DNA of 64,000 nt from an uncultured delta proteobacterium (GTDB lineage Bacteria > Myxococcota > B64-G9). The position numbers and the translations under genes were made by a program. The notes beneath the pieces were generated by a model, which saw only the letters and a list, made by a program, of their open reading frames with translations, searched no databases and was not told the origin of the DNA. The stretch lies in the NCBI GenBank assembly GCA_963754925.1, contig CAVWHX010000003.1:32001-96000 (forward strand), in the 5' to 3' direction. This document shows positions 1-9,663 of this stretch, piece by piece; position 1 is the stretch's first letter, and each line of letters opens with the position of its first letter.

Positions 1-2
1 GA

Positions 3-1097
3 ACCGGTTCATTGGGTTGCGGTTGCGGCTGGTTCTGCGGAGAAGGCCCGGGACCCAGTATGAGAGGAGTATTCAGAGGATTTCTCGGCGCAAAAGGAGC
101 AATGGGCGTATTCACCAAATGCGCCATAAAGCTTTTCGCCTGGCCTGGTCCGAAAACGCTTCCGGTAAGGGGAATAATTCCGGCATATAAGACATCGCTA
201 CCCGATACCTTCAGGGCATATACCGTGGCTTTCCCCTCGTGGAAAGCATGGGCCGACGGCGCTCACGCGATATGGGATACCGGCATCGGGTACATCGCTC
301 ACCGGCAGTTCAACATGTTCGGCAGGGACTTGAAATACGCCATGGTGAAGATACTCACGGACCCGACTAAAACGCTGGGAGATATCGAGGAGGTTCTCAA
401 AGATCCCGAGGTGCAGAAGGTGACGGAGCAATCCAAACGCGATTTCCAGATCGTTTTGGTCGGCATGACCAAACGCGACATTGACTGGCAGGAGCAGGCC
501 CTGGATGAGATCCTCAAAAGGGCGGGCGGCTGGAAGGTAGAGGCCATGAACGAACCGGATATACACGACTGGGCGCTTCTGTACCTGCTCAGGCTCGGCC
601 ACAAAAATCTGAACCTGGTCTTCGGCGGGGGATACGACGGCGCGTTTGGTTTTCTTCTCGCTGCAGATTATGGGGCGGCTCGCGCGGAAGAGGCCGGCGC
701 ATTTAAAAAAGAATGGGAGAAAAGAGGAGCCATCGTCGAGGCCGGCGGGGACTGCATGATGGGGCCCATCGGCGGGCAAGGAGGAGGCGGAACCTGTCTC
801 TGGGAGAATTTTACCTGCTTCGATCCCCACGACCGGGAATCAACCGAGGGCACCCGTGAGTTCTTTGACGCCTGCACCGAGCTCAGTCGGGAAAAACGCT
901 GGGTGGGCGCCGGGATGGAGAAATGGAACGCCGCCGCCCGGGGAGCGGACGGAAGGACCACGCCCAAGGAAGAACGCGACCGGATGCACTTGTCCGCGCC
1001 TCAGCCCTCGGTGTATCGGTATCAGCACAAGATACGGGAAGCCTTCAATCCGAACGATCTCGGAGACGCGTACTTTGAGACGTTAGAAGATTCATAA
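3..1097 (+). CDS. FAD-linked oxidoreductase (GlcD/VAO-like), 5' truncated by window edge
   Basis: Frame open from position 3 (TGSLGCG...GPGPSMRG...GAMGVFTKCAIKL); C-terminal KIREAFNPNDLG resembles the FAD-oxidase tail. Confidence 0.7.
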   Translation, partial: TGSLGCGCGWFCGEGPGPSMRGVFRGFLGAKGAMGVFTKCAIKLFAWPGPKTLPVRGIIPAYKTSLPDTFRAYTVAFPSWKAWADGAHAIWDTGIGYIAHRQFNMFGRDLKYAMVKILTDPTKTLGDIEEVLKDPEVQKVTEQSKRDFQIVLVGMTKRDIDWQEQALDEILKRAGGWKVEAMNEPDIHDWALLYLLRLGHKNLNLVFGGGYDGAFGFLLAADYGAARAEEAGAFKKEWEKRGAIVEAGGDCMMGPIGGQGGGGTCLWENFTCFDPHDRESTEGTREFFDACTELSREKRWVGAGMEKWNAAARGADGRTTPKEERDRMHLSAPQPSVYRYQHKIREAFNPNDLGDAYFETLEDS

Positions 1098-1167
1098 TCG
1101 TATCTAGGGCAACCCAATCATCATAGCGGTGCGTACTTCCAATTCATTTGGCGCTTCCACCTGCCGG

Positions 1168-1773
1168 TTACTTTTTGATCCGCGGCCGGATCCAAACGCC
1201 GTAGTACTCACCACCTTGGTCGGGTATGGAAGGCTCAAAGGGATTAACGAATCCCTTATAGAACAAAAGCCCGGTCGAACCGGCCCACTCGCCGGTCCCG
1301 CTCGTAATGGGTGAAATCTCGCTCATGTTTCCCTGCGGGTCGATGTGTAAGGGTTGATGCGCTTCTCTGATCGTGCCGCTCGTTCCGTCGGATGCCGTTG
1401 CGGTGATGGTTTCGTCCGAAAAACCCGAGAACGAACCGTCGGCAGCCAAGCGGCCGGTGACGTGATATTTTGATGTGCCGGTGAATGTTCCGGTGAATAT
1501 GTCTCCCCCATCCGCCTCCAGAGCGCCCGTAGTTTGGTCCACGACGAGGTTTTGTAGCGGCCCGGATTTCCACTGTCCTCGAACGTAGGTAATTTTAGCG
1601 CCCCGCCTACACCCATCGGCCACGAGCGCTTGCCCCGAAGCTCCGAGCATCTGTTGGATATCGCTCGTCTCGGTTTGGCCTTCACCACACGCCGCGAAAA
1701 CACCAAAAACAAGAAGTACGGCAACAGATTTGCTGACCCAACCCGAAAAGCTTTTAAAAGATCCCTTTTCCAT
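1168..1773 (-). CDS. Hypothetical lipoprotein, possibly dirigent/allene-oxide-cyclase-like beta-barrel
   Basis: Lipobox FAAC; ITSGTGEWAGSTG motif; GGAGG RBS and promoter upstream. Confidence 0.55.
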   Translation of the reverse strand: MEKGSFKSFSGWVSKSVAVLLVFGVFAACGEGQTETSDIQQMLGASGQALVADGCRRGAKITYVRGQWKSGPLQNLVVDQTTGALEADGGDIFTGTFTGTSKYHVTGRLAADGSFSGFSDETITATASDGTSGTIREAHQPLHIDPQGNMSEISPITSGTGEWAGSTGLLFYKGFVNPFEPSIPDQGGEYYGVWIRPRIKK

Positions 1774-1849
1774 AGAAATTACCCTCCGAGAGATTTTGGG
1801 TTAACCTCTAACTTATTGAATTGGCTTATATAATAGCCTATTTACAGGT

Positions 1850-1878
1850 CTTATAGACTTAATTTAGTTCGATGTCAA
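1850..1878 (-). promoter_or_regulatory. Sigma70-type promoter for 1168..1773
   Basis: Minus strand TTGACA-17 nt-TATAAG. Confidence 0.55.
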
Positions 1879-2012
1879 TAATTGGAATACTAAAAAAATT
1901 CATTCAAGCTGATTAGGCGCCAGCCCCAGTCCAGGTGCCATTCGATAAATAACTACTCGTAATGCAAACTGTAACAAAAAATATCCCTTTATTTTTTTCT
2001 CAAAATAAATGC

Positions 2013-2058
2013 TTGATATGGTCTGTATTCTAGTCTATATTAAGACCAGAATATGGTC
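2013..2058 (+). promoter_or_regulatory. TA operon promoter with overlapping operator palindrome
   Basis: TTGATA(2013)-17 nt-TATATT(2036); inverted repeat TATTCTAGTC(2026-2035)/GACCAGAATA(2044-2053) flanks the -10; ATATGGTC direct repeat at 2016 and 2051. Confidence 0.65.
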
Positions 2059-2079
2059 CTAAACAAAGAGGTTTATTTA

Positions 2080-2370
2080 ATGAAACCATTACAAGTCTCA
2101 AAAGATATTCTCCCTATTGGTGATTTTAAAACGCATGCATCGCAAATTGTCAGACGTCTGCGTGAAACAAGGCGTCCTTTCGTCATCACGCAAAACGGAA
2201 AACCCGCTGCTGTACTTCTTGCTCCTGATGAGTTCGACAGGCTACAAGAACAAGCTCGATTCGTCCAGGCTGTAGAGGAAGGGCTTGCGGACTCTACCGC
2301 GGGGCGCGTGATCGCCGACGACGAGTTTGGCAACGAGCTCGATGAAACGTTCGGATCCTTGAAGCGATGA
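2080..2370 (+). CDS. Phd/YefM family antitoxin
   Basis: PIGDFKTHASQIVRRL..RRPFVITQNGKPAAVLL signature; GAGG RBS; ATGA overlap with toxin. Confidence 0.9.
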   Translation: MKPLQVSKDILPIGDFKTHASQIVRRLRETRRPFVITQNGKPAAVLLAPDEFDRLQEQARFVQAVEEGLADSTAGRVIADDEFGNELDETFGSLKR

Positions 2371-2672
2371 AGCTCTATTGGACGGAGCGGTCGCGACAGG
2401 ATTTGCTCGCGATCGGTCGTTACATCGCGCGCGACCATCCACATACGGCGCGAGTGTGGGTCGAGCGTTTGCGGGCGCGGGCGCGAGGGGCTGCGAAAAC
2501 GCCACGCGCGGGACGAATGGTTCCGGAATGGGAAAGCAAGGACATGCGTGAGGTGTTTCTGCGCAACTACCGAATCGTTTATCGCATTCAAAAGGATTCC
2601 ATACACATCATTACCGTTTTCGAGGGTCACCGGCAGTTTTTACGCAATACGTCACCGGATGTAAAAGATTGA
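2367..2672 (+). CDS. RelE/ParE family toxin
   Basis: MKLYWTERSRQDL..I..YIA.D; GRMVPE; REVFLRNYRIVYRI. Confidence 0.9.
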   Translation: MKLYWTERSRQDLLAIGRYIARDHPHTARVWVERLRARARGAAKTPRAGRMVPEWESKDMREVFLRNYRIVYRIQKDSIHIITVFEGHRQFLRNTSPDVKD

Positions 2673-2677
2673 CCTGA

Positions 2678-3391
2678 TCATTGCTTGATGGAATATAAGT
2701 TTATAAGTGAGTTAATGTCTGCATTCTTCCTATCCATCGGAACCCGAAAGATCTTTTTCCAATCACCTAATATCTCTGGTCTCAAACCGGTCTCCTGAGA
2801 ATACTGACCCCCTGTAATAAGTTTAATATACTTACAGGCTATTTTATTGAAAAGTTTTATAGACTCGGCCAGGTCATTGTATGTGACGTCTCCTTGGAAT
2901 CCTCTTTTATCTAAATGGGCAATAACTCTGTCGGTAAAATTGCTTACTCCACCAGCAATGCATCGTATTTTCCGCATATCTTTGCAAATAATGCATTCCG
3001 ACAGGTTCTTTTTATTTTCGCTGACTGTTGCGAAAGTAGAATTTTGCCATTCCGGTTCGTCCTTCGCGACGGGATATTGCTGCAAGTAGAAATCATATGT
3101 AAAATGGTCAGCATTCTCCTTAAGCTGATCGAGAAGCCTCATCAAAGATATGCTGTCGTCATTAATCTTTGTGTGTCGTCTAATTGCAATTGCAGCAAAT
3201 GTCAAATAACAATCCTTGACAAAGTAACAAAACCAATCCCCTTCATTTTTATCTATATGCTCCGTATTCATTTCTACCATTTCAATAAAGCCTTCGTAAA
3301 CCTGTTGATAGTGTACAAGACCTTGCAGATCATTTTTGATTTTATTGACCCAGGTTTTCCATTTTTCAAAATCTTTGTTTGTAAGTTTCAT
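2678..3391 (-). CDS. AbiU2-like HEPN domain protein
   Basis: AT-rich 237 aa ORF; SISLMRLL segment and FTDRVIAHLD (R-x3-H) motif. Confidence 0.55.
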   Translation of the reverse strand: MKLTNKDFEKWKTWVNKIKNDLQGLVHYQQVYEGFIEMVEMNTEHIDKNEGDWFCYFVKDCYLTFAAIAIRRHTKINDDSISLMRLLDQLKENADHFTYDFYLQQYPVAKDEPEWQNSTFATVSENKKNLSECIICKDMRKIRCIAGGVSNFTDRVIAHLDKRGFQGDVTYNDLAESIKLFNKIACKYIKLITGGQYSQETGLRPEILGDWKKIFRVPMDRKNADINSLINLYSIKQ

Positions 3392-3534
3392 CTATTTCCA
3401 GTTCCTTTGACTACTCATAATAATTTTACACAAGCAACCAATCCCGAGTTTATTTGTCATTCGATTAATAACTATTTGTAATGCAAATAATAACTTAAGA
3501 TATCTCTTTATTTATTTGATTGACACAGATAGGG

Positions 3535-3987
3535 CTATGCCACGTCCAGTGGAGCGCTTGGTTGGCAAGGTTGTTGTAAACGAAAATGAATCGGTTTTTC
3601 GTTGATGATATCCAAACTTAGTTCTTTACGCAAATCGTCTCGCAGTGACAGGAGAAGCGCTCCCGCGCTTGCTTCAACCCTACGTTCTGCGATTGCGGTT
3701 GCCAATTCTTTTGCCATACAGACTTGTTTGACGGTTCCGAATAATTGAATGTCGGCTATCGCGGATTCGAGTCCTTTTCCGTACTCAGTATTATGGATTG
3801 CACCACGGCACGCACCTCCTTCCAGACGTCGGTAAGCCTCAATGAGATATTTCACACGAATTTCACGCCTTTTGTTCTGACGGTCGCGATGCGTATTAAA
3901 AAGATGAGCAACCAACCACCCAAGTATAGCGATGCATGATGTTATCATTAACGGAATTAGCAATTGCCAGTTCAGTATTTCATCCAT
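3535..3987 (-). CDS. Hypothetical single-TM membrane protein
   Basis: N-terminal hydrophobic helix then charged helical domain; 9 nt after cupin stop. Confidence 0.7.
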   Translation of the reverse strand: MDEILNWQLLIPLMITSCIAILGWLVAHLFNTHRDRQNKRREIRVKYLIEAYRRLEGGACRGAIHNTEYGKGLESAIADIQLFGTVKQVCMAKELATAIAERRVEASAGALLLSLRDDLRKELSLDIINEKPIHFRLQQPCQPSAPLDVA

Positions 3988-3996
3988 AGCGACCCC

Positions 3997-4374
3997 CTAT
4001 ATCCATTCAAGCTCTTCGTCAGTCAACGGCCCCCCGGCATTTCCGGTATTCACGGTTCCCTTCGGCTCGACCAACATCACCGTACACTCGGTCTCACAAA
4101 TTGGTTTGTGCTCGACGTCCCGGGGAACGACAATCAGCTCGCCTTTTTTCAAATCAAAAACCCGGTCCCGAAAAGCCAATTTCATTTTGCCCTCGACAAC
4201 AAAGAACACCTCATCAGTTTCCGGATGGCTGTGCCAAATAAATTCGCGCTTAGCTTTTACTAATTTGAACTGATAATCGTTTAGTTCTGCAATAAGCTTG
4301 TACTTATGCAGCTTCTTGATTAAGCCGGCTTTTTCTTCGAGATTGACTACCCGTATTTCCATTTCAATTCTCAT
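3997..4374 (-). CDS. Cupin domain protein
   Basis: EFIWHSHPETDEVFFVVEG and VVPRDVEHKP cupin motifs. Confidence 0.9.
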   Translation of the reverse strand: MRIEMEIRVVNLEEKAGLIKKLHKYKLIAELNDYQFKLVKAKREFIWHSHPETDEVFFVVEGKMKLAFRDRVFDLKKGELIVVPRDVEHKPICETECTVMLVEPKGTVNTGNAGGPLTDEELEWI

Positions 4375-4500
4375 TGTGCCTTAGCCCCCTCATCCCCGCC
4401 TTCCACCGGCACGCTCCATGTGTGTAGGAAGGAGCCTCGTACTTAAACCCTCCCCCCTTAATGCAAAGTGTTCGGTAGGGTTGTTGAAGTTTATAAGTAG

Positions 4501-4528
4501 ATTATAGCACTTGAAAATACTAAGTCAA
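4501..4528 (-). promoter_or_regulatory. Sigma70 promoter (extended -10) for cupin operon
   Basis: Minus strand TTGACT-16 nt-TATAAT with TGn before the -10. Confidence 0.55.
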
Positions 4529-4673
4529 AATTGCGGCTCGTCTTTATACCTCTCTGAAATGACCATGTGATACATTGCTCAACGCGGCGTGAGAGTTGAC
4601 AGTGACGGATGTGCCTTTAGTAACACGAGTTGTTTGCTTTGGTTAAGTCCGGTAGGGGGAGCATCACCATCGC

Positions 4674-6461
4674 TCAGTATAGAAAGTTCAGCAACGCGGT
4701 CACCACCTGCTCTGGTTGTCCGTTGTTCTGCACCGGCGCGGCAGTCTCAACATCCAGGTGATGATATCCCGCTATTACCGGCGAGCCGGGAGGATTCATG
4801 TTCATCATAGCCCCCAAACCCGGGCCGTCGCCGGCGATGATGTCGAGCACCGGTCGCGCCGTCTCGCCGTCTTTGTGGATGGCGCCGCTCGCGCCGAACA
4901 GTGAGTCAATCGTCAGGGCCGTGGGGAAGTACACTTCCACGAAATTCATGGGCACTGCGCCCAAGCATCGCGCCATGTCGTGGATATCGGTAACCTCCTT
5001 GTCCGGGCTGGTATAGGGATTTCCATCGGAGGCGTTTGGAATCGTCATGCCGGCAATTTCATTGTAATTCGCCCAATCGTACAGCGCACCGGGCTGGCCC
5101 GAAGATCCTTCGTCAGTTGCAATCGCAAATTCTTCGCCGCCCAGCATGCCCTTGAGGGCCGCAAGCTCCGGGATCTGATTCAGGCCATCGGGGATCGGGA
5201 AGTCCTTGTCCGCCACTGGACCGCCCTTGAAAAACCCCATACTCGCCTGCACGATGCTGATCGGCATCGAGTTGTTGTCCATAAATATCGCGAACAACGC
5301 TTGGTTGGTGTAACGGATTTCTTCGATAGACGGTTTGTCAAACAAGAAGGCATATAAGTTCATTGAACCATAGAACCGGTATGAAAACTTTACCGCACTG
5401 TCCGCCGGCAGGTAGCTGACTAAATCCGATTCAGTTGTGGGGTTCATCTCAGCGGCAAAGCCCAAACCACTGAGCAGCGTCATCACCTCCGGATCGATAA
5501 TACCGGTAAGCGAAAAGAACCGCTCCAATTTCCCCTCGCGCATCATGGTGATCAAGTTTTCGGGGACGTCGTCCAGAAGCGACTCCAACCCCGGAATCGC
5601 GTTGAACATGGATACCATCATGGGTGTGGCGGTTACGACGGTGTCTAAACCAAAAAACCCGGCGCACTGGTTGTAACCGGCATCATTCGTCGTTGTCGGA
5701 TCGCCGTCAAAATCCCAGTCCGCGTACGCTCCCGTGATGAAGCCGCCGAGTGAGTGGCCGCCGCAATAAACCTTCTGTTGGCGTGCAGTCTGGTCCGGAA
5801 TGCCGCGCGTGATGATCGTATTCATGTCTATGACCGTTTGCTCCATTCCCATATCCACGAGCCAAGCGGCATCCTTAAGCGGGTCCAGAAATCCTTTGAA
5901 CTGTTGCCCATTGTATGCCTTATTGCGATAGTAATAATCAATGGCATCATGAACGTCTCCAGTCTCCTTTGCCAAGAGCAACCCGTTGATATCCTCGAGG
6001 CAGTTTGGTCGCCGGTCGATAGCCCAGAACTCGATATAGCTGCCTTTCTCATTGTATGCGCGCGTGATCAGGTTGCCGGCGACATTGTAGAAAGCCGAAG
6101 CGCCCTCAAGAATGCCGGGTTGGGCTACCAATATCTTGTCTGCATCCGAAGGATTGAGCGGCCCGTTGCGGTGGCGAATGCGCAGGAAGTGAATCGTGTC
6201 GCATGCCTCCGGATGGTCGGCAAATGAGCACGGCAGGGGCGCGTAGATGGCGACATCGGTCGCGACGGAGTCGGGAAATGTCGTGTTTTGGGTGGCCGAT
6301 TGCTCGGTAAAACCAATCCGCGGCCAATACAAGGCCGCGGAGGGGCCGGTGAGATCGCTAAGCAACGAAGTTGGCAGGCCACAGCCGGGTAGTACATAAG
6401 TGACGGTTAAAGCAACCAGGAAAAGAATGACGTTGCGCTCACGAATCCTCTTCATGTTCAT
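4674..6461 (-). CDS. Lipoprotein alpha/beta-hydrolase
   Basis: Lipobox LPGC; WAIDRR; GGHSLGG nucleophile elbow; C-terminal GYHHLD. Confidence 0.75.
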   Translation of the reverse strand: MNMKRIRERNVILFLVALTVTYVLPGCGLPTSLLSDLTGPSAALYWPRIGFTEQSATQNTTFPDSVATDVAIYAPLPCSFADHPEACDTIHFLRIRHRNGPLNPSDADKILVAQPGILEGASAFYNVAGNLITRAYNEKGSYIEFWAIDRRPNCLEDINGLLLAKETGDVHDAIDYYYRNKAYNGQQFKGFLDPLKDAAWLVDMGMEQTVIDMNTIITRGIPDQTARQQKVYCGGHSLGGFITGAYADWDFDGDPTTTNDAGYNQCAGFFGLDTVVTATPMMVSMFNAIPGLESLLDDVPENLITMMREGKLERFFSLTGIIDPEVMTLLSGLGFAAEMNPTTESDLVSYLPADSAVKFSYRFYGSMNLYAFLFDKPSIEEIRYTNQALFAIFMDNNSMPISIVQASMGFFKGGPVADKDFPIPDGLNQIPELAALKGMLGGEEFAIATDEGSSGQPGALYDWANYNEIAGMTIPNASDGNPYTSPDKEVTDIHDMARCLGAVPMNFVEVYFPTALTIDSLFGASGAIHKDGETARPVLDIIAGDGPGLGAMMNMNPPGSPVIAGYHHLDVETAAPVQNNGQPEQVVTALLNFLY

Positions 6462-6578
6462 CGCTCCTTCATGACGGTTGGGTTACTGCCTAAATGTACT
6501 ATTTCTCAATTAACGGAACAAATCAGGTTTTCAAATCACGGTCAAGAGAAAAGTTGGGAATTGGGTTGATAACACTCA

Positions 6579-6797
6579 TTAGTTATTTAAAAGCAGATAC
6601 TTGTTAGCGTCCGCGTTGCCACCGATCCATTTCCAGGTGGTCCCTTCGTCGGCGCCGTTGGTGACCGTGAAATCAGGCCTGGCTTCACGGAGCTCGTCGA
6701 TGACGACGGTGTTGTTCGACGGGTAAAGAACAGGAAGCAGGTGCGGGAAGTCGGACGCCAACAAACTCACACGAACTCGGTGTCCCTTTTTGAACAC
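6579..6797 (-). pseudogene. C-terminal remnant of CocE/NonD (PepX_C) hydrolase
   Basis: FKKGHRVRVSLLASDFPHLLP motif; no upstream catalytic domain. Confidence 0.6.
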
Positions 6798-6977
6798 GTT
6801 ATCAGTTACACTGGATTTAGTTGCTGCGTTCGGCTGGCAATAGTTTTTCAGGTTTCATACGGTCACTTCTTGTTGACGAACTCTGTCAAGGTCTTATCAA
6901 AGTAATAAAAGAAAAGGCAATAGAAAAAGTGGTTCCCTGCCCTACCTCCTCAACTTCACACGCCGCTTCTTGGCCAA

Positions 6978-7593
6978 TTAGTTGCATGTTCCGTCGCAGC
7001 AGGTTTCGCCCCACAACGCTTCGATGCCCTCCTTGCCGATTATCGGAATCATCACCAAGCCGGCCGCCGGGTCTGCCCACCACCACCCCAATAAGGCGTT
7101 TTAACCCAAGTCCCATCAACAAGATGGCTGAAAGGTAAGCGCAAATGTCCGCCTGGTGTGAATCAGCCACCAGCGCTTGACTATTGATTTGCACCGCCAC
7201 GCGCCGTTTCGCCCGCGCCAGGATGGGCATCACCAGCAACGACAGCGCTGCAATGATAATGCCGATAAGGCTCGCATCCGGCCCCTCGCGCAGGAGCAAG
7301 GATTTCACCGCCTCGAACCCGATGTACACCGCCAGCGCGATCAAGCTTGCACCGACAAACCGTAACGCGAGGCGCTCGCGATGCTCGCCTGAAAATAGCC
7401 GCCACAACAGAATTGCACCTGACGAAACCTCAATGAGCGAATCAACGCCGAAGCCGATAAGCGCAATGCTGCCGGCCACGATGCCCGCTCCAATGGAAAT
7501 TAGAGCCTCGAGCAGATTCCATCCGATGGTCAGATACTCAAGCCTGCGTCCGCGCCGCACTGGTGCGGTATTAATAGCCTCTTCAGAGGACAT
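6978..7593 (-). CDS. Cation diffusion facilitator-type transporter (+1 frameshift near 7100)
   Basis: LEYLTIGWN..E, GFGVDSLIE; removing one A restores LNALLGWWWADPAAGL...ETCCDGTCN*. Confidence 0.8.
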
Positions 7594-7742
7594 TTCAATT
7601 TTCATGCCTTGCAATATAGGCGTCTTAAGTATTGAAAACAATCAAACTCTCGGGACGAGGCCCTACTGCCTAAAAAACATCGCCGTTGAGACTGGGGATG
7701 TGGTATGTCAGACGTAACGTGGATGAGTTAAGGAGCTTGCCT

Positions 7743-8354
7743 ATGGAACTATCAGCAGTAATAACAGCTCGAAGAAGCGTTCGAAAATTCAAACCCGACT
7801 CGGTCCCCGAACCTTTCATCACAGAACTTCTCGAGGCCGCCCGGCTTGCCCCATCGGGATCAAATATTCAGCCGGCGCGCTTTATCGTCGTTAAGACCAA
7901 AGAAGCCCGGGAGAAGTTGAAGTACTGCACCCCCCTTCAATTTGTTCATGAGGCTCCGGTGGTGATAGTATGTTGCGCCGACACCCAATCACTCGACGCC
8001 CGCGGCCAAAAATTGATCCAATTGAAGGAGGCTGGAGCCTTAGTGGGAACGCCGCTTGATAGCGCCGACGTCCGGGAACTGGCAAAATCCCGGAACACGA
8101 TGTCAGAGGCTGAAACCACGGCGTATCTGAGGCTCAATGCTGCAATCGCGATTGAGCACATTGTGCTGCGCGCTACCGATCTCGGCCTCGGAAGTTGCTG
8201 GGTGATGATGTTCGATCGGGAACAAGTAAGAAAAGTTTTTGATATTGATGAGCGTTATATCGTGGTGGCGCTGCTACCGGTTGGGTATCCCGACCAAAAC
8301 CCAGTTCAAAGGCCGCGGATTTCGGCACGAGAGATTTTACTCAAAGATTTGTAA
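7743..8354 (+). CDS. Nitroreductase family protein
   Basis: RRSVRKF, APSGSNIQP, GLGSCWV, LPVGYP; AGGAG RBS. Confidence 0.9.
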   Translation: MELSAVITARRSVRKFKPDSVPEPFITELLEAARLAPSGSNIQPARFIVVKTKEAREKLKYCTPLQFVHEAPVVIVCCADTQSLDARGQKLIQLKEAGALVGTPLDSADVRELAKSRNTMSEAETTAYLRLNAAIAIEHIVLRATDLGLGSCWVMMFDREQVRKVFDIDERYIVVALLPVGYPDQNPVQRPRISAREILLKDL

Positions 8355-8359
8355 CGTTA

Positions 8360-9457
8360 TTACTGATCCAGCGGCGGGTAGTCGGTGTAGCCTTTTTCGC
8401 CCGGCGTATAAAAAGTGCTCTTATCCCAGCGCGCAAGTGGTGCGTTGAGCTCGAAACACCGGGGTAAGTCGGGATTAGAAATAAAGAGCTTCGCAAAGGC
8501 CACGAGGTCAGCCAAGCCTTCTTCAATTACTCGGTTTCCTTTTTCCCGATCGAAGTTACTGTTGATGATGAGCGTGCCTTTGTACCTGGGCCGGTAGCGT
8601 CGGGCAATATTCGGCTCTGCAAAGGGAACGTTGGTGACGTCGGTGAACGGCTCCGAAAGGTGCAGGTAGGCGAGCTTATAATCGTTCAACCGCTCTACGA
8701 TATAATCGAATGTGGGGATGGTTTCCTCATCCAGGGTCATGCCGAAAAATCCATGCGCCGAGGGATTCAATCGCAGGCCGATACGGTGTTCCGGCATGTG
8801 TGTTTTGATTTCATCGATCACTTCAAAAAGGATTCTCGCACGGTTTTCTTTTGACCCACCATATCGGTCGGTTCTGATATTTGATGTCCTGCTAAAAAAT
8901 TGATGCAGTAGATATGCGTTGGAGGAATGTATCTCGATGCCGTCAAAACCCGCAATCATGGCGTTTTTCGCCCCTTGACCAAAGTCTTTGACCGTCTGCT
9001 GAATTTCTTCGATGGTCATGGCTTTCGGCGCGACGGTGTCCTTGAAGCCCTGCGGTGTAAACGACTGAGCATGGGGATTGAGTGCCGAAGGTGCGAGCGG
9101 AAGCTCACCGTTATGAAAATCAGGATGAGACATGCGACCCACGTGCCAAATCTGTTGAAATATTTTTCCACCCTTGCCATGGACTGCCGCGGTCACTTTC
9201 TTCCATCCCTCGACCTGCGCCGCCGAATAACAACCCGGAGTATTGATGTATCCAACCGCCCTGGTTGATATTTGTGAACCCTCGCTAATAATGAGACCGG
9301 CGCTCGCTCTCTGCCCGTAATAGGTTGCATGAATCTCGGTCGGGGCATGATCCGGATTATCCGCCCGGCTGCGGGTCATGGGCGCCATCACCACCCGATT
9401 ACGAAGTTTGAGATCTCCCCTGGTGTATTCTCTTAAAAGCGCCTGTTCTTTTGACAT
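8360..9457 (-). CDS. nemA: Old yellow enzyme / alkene reductase (NemA-like)
   Basis: NRVVMAPMTRSRA, QIWHVGR, GFDGIEIH, TDRYGGSKENR, GYTDYP. Confidence 0.9.
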   Translation of the reverse strand: MSKEQALLREYTRGDLKLRNRVVMAPMTRSRADNPDHAPTEIHATYYGQRASAGLIISEGSQISTRAVGYINTPGCYSAAQVEGWKKVTAAVHGKGGKIFQQIWHVGRMSHPDFHNGELPLAPSALNPHAQSFTPQGFKDTVAPKAMTIEEIQQTVKDFGQGAKNAMIAGFDGIEIHSSNAYLLHQFFSRTSNIRTDRYGGSKENRARILFEVIDEIKTHMPEHRIGLRLNPSAHGFFGMTLDEETIPTFDYIVERLNDYKLAYLHLSEPFTDVTNVPFAEPNIARRYRPRYKGTLIINSNFDREKGNRVIEEGLADLVAFAKLFISNPDLPRCFELNAPLARWDKSTFYTPGEKGYTDYPPLDQ

Positions 9458-9663
9458 AGGCCCATCCTTCCGAACCGAAAACTAATCACGAAACATAACT
9501 CGGCAAGGAAGCTCATATCTTTTTATCCAACAAAATGCCGCTGAGAGGTAACACCAGCAGAGCAAAACGGCTCTTATGCGTTGGCTGAAACTGAATTATT
9601 ATTATTTGAAAATAATAATGGAGAGTTGAAAGACGTTATGAAGTGCGGGTATGTTCCTTGTAA

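Noticed and set aside
198..830. Long antisense ORFs (also 36268..37362, 57087..57824 and others)
   Set aside because: Shadows of GC-rich genes on the opposite strand with no motifs
4387..4460. CCCCTCATCCCC..GGAAGG REP-like element
   Set aside because: Single degenerate copy with a poor stem
9490..9645. attC-like nested core sites (CATAAC/GTTATG, CCAAC/GTTGG)
   Set aside because: L boxes do not pair; matches this short are expected by chance
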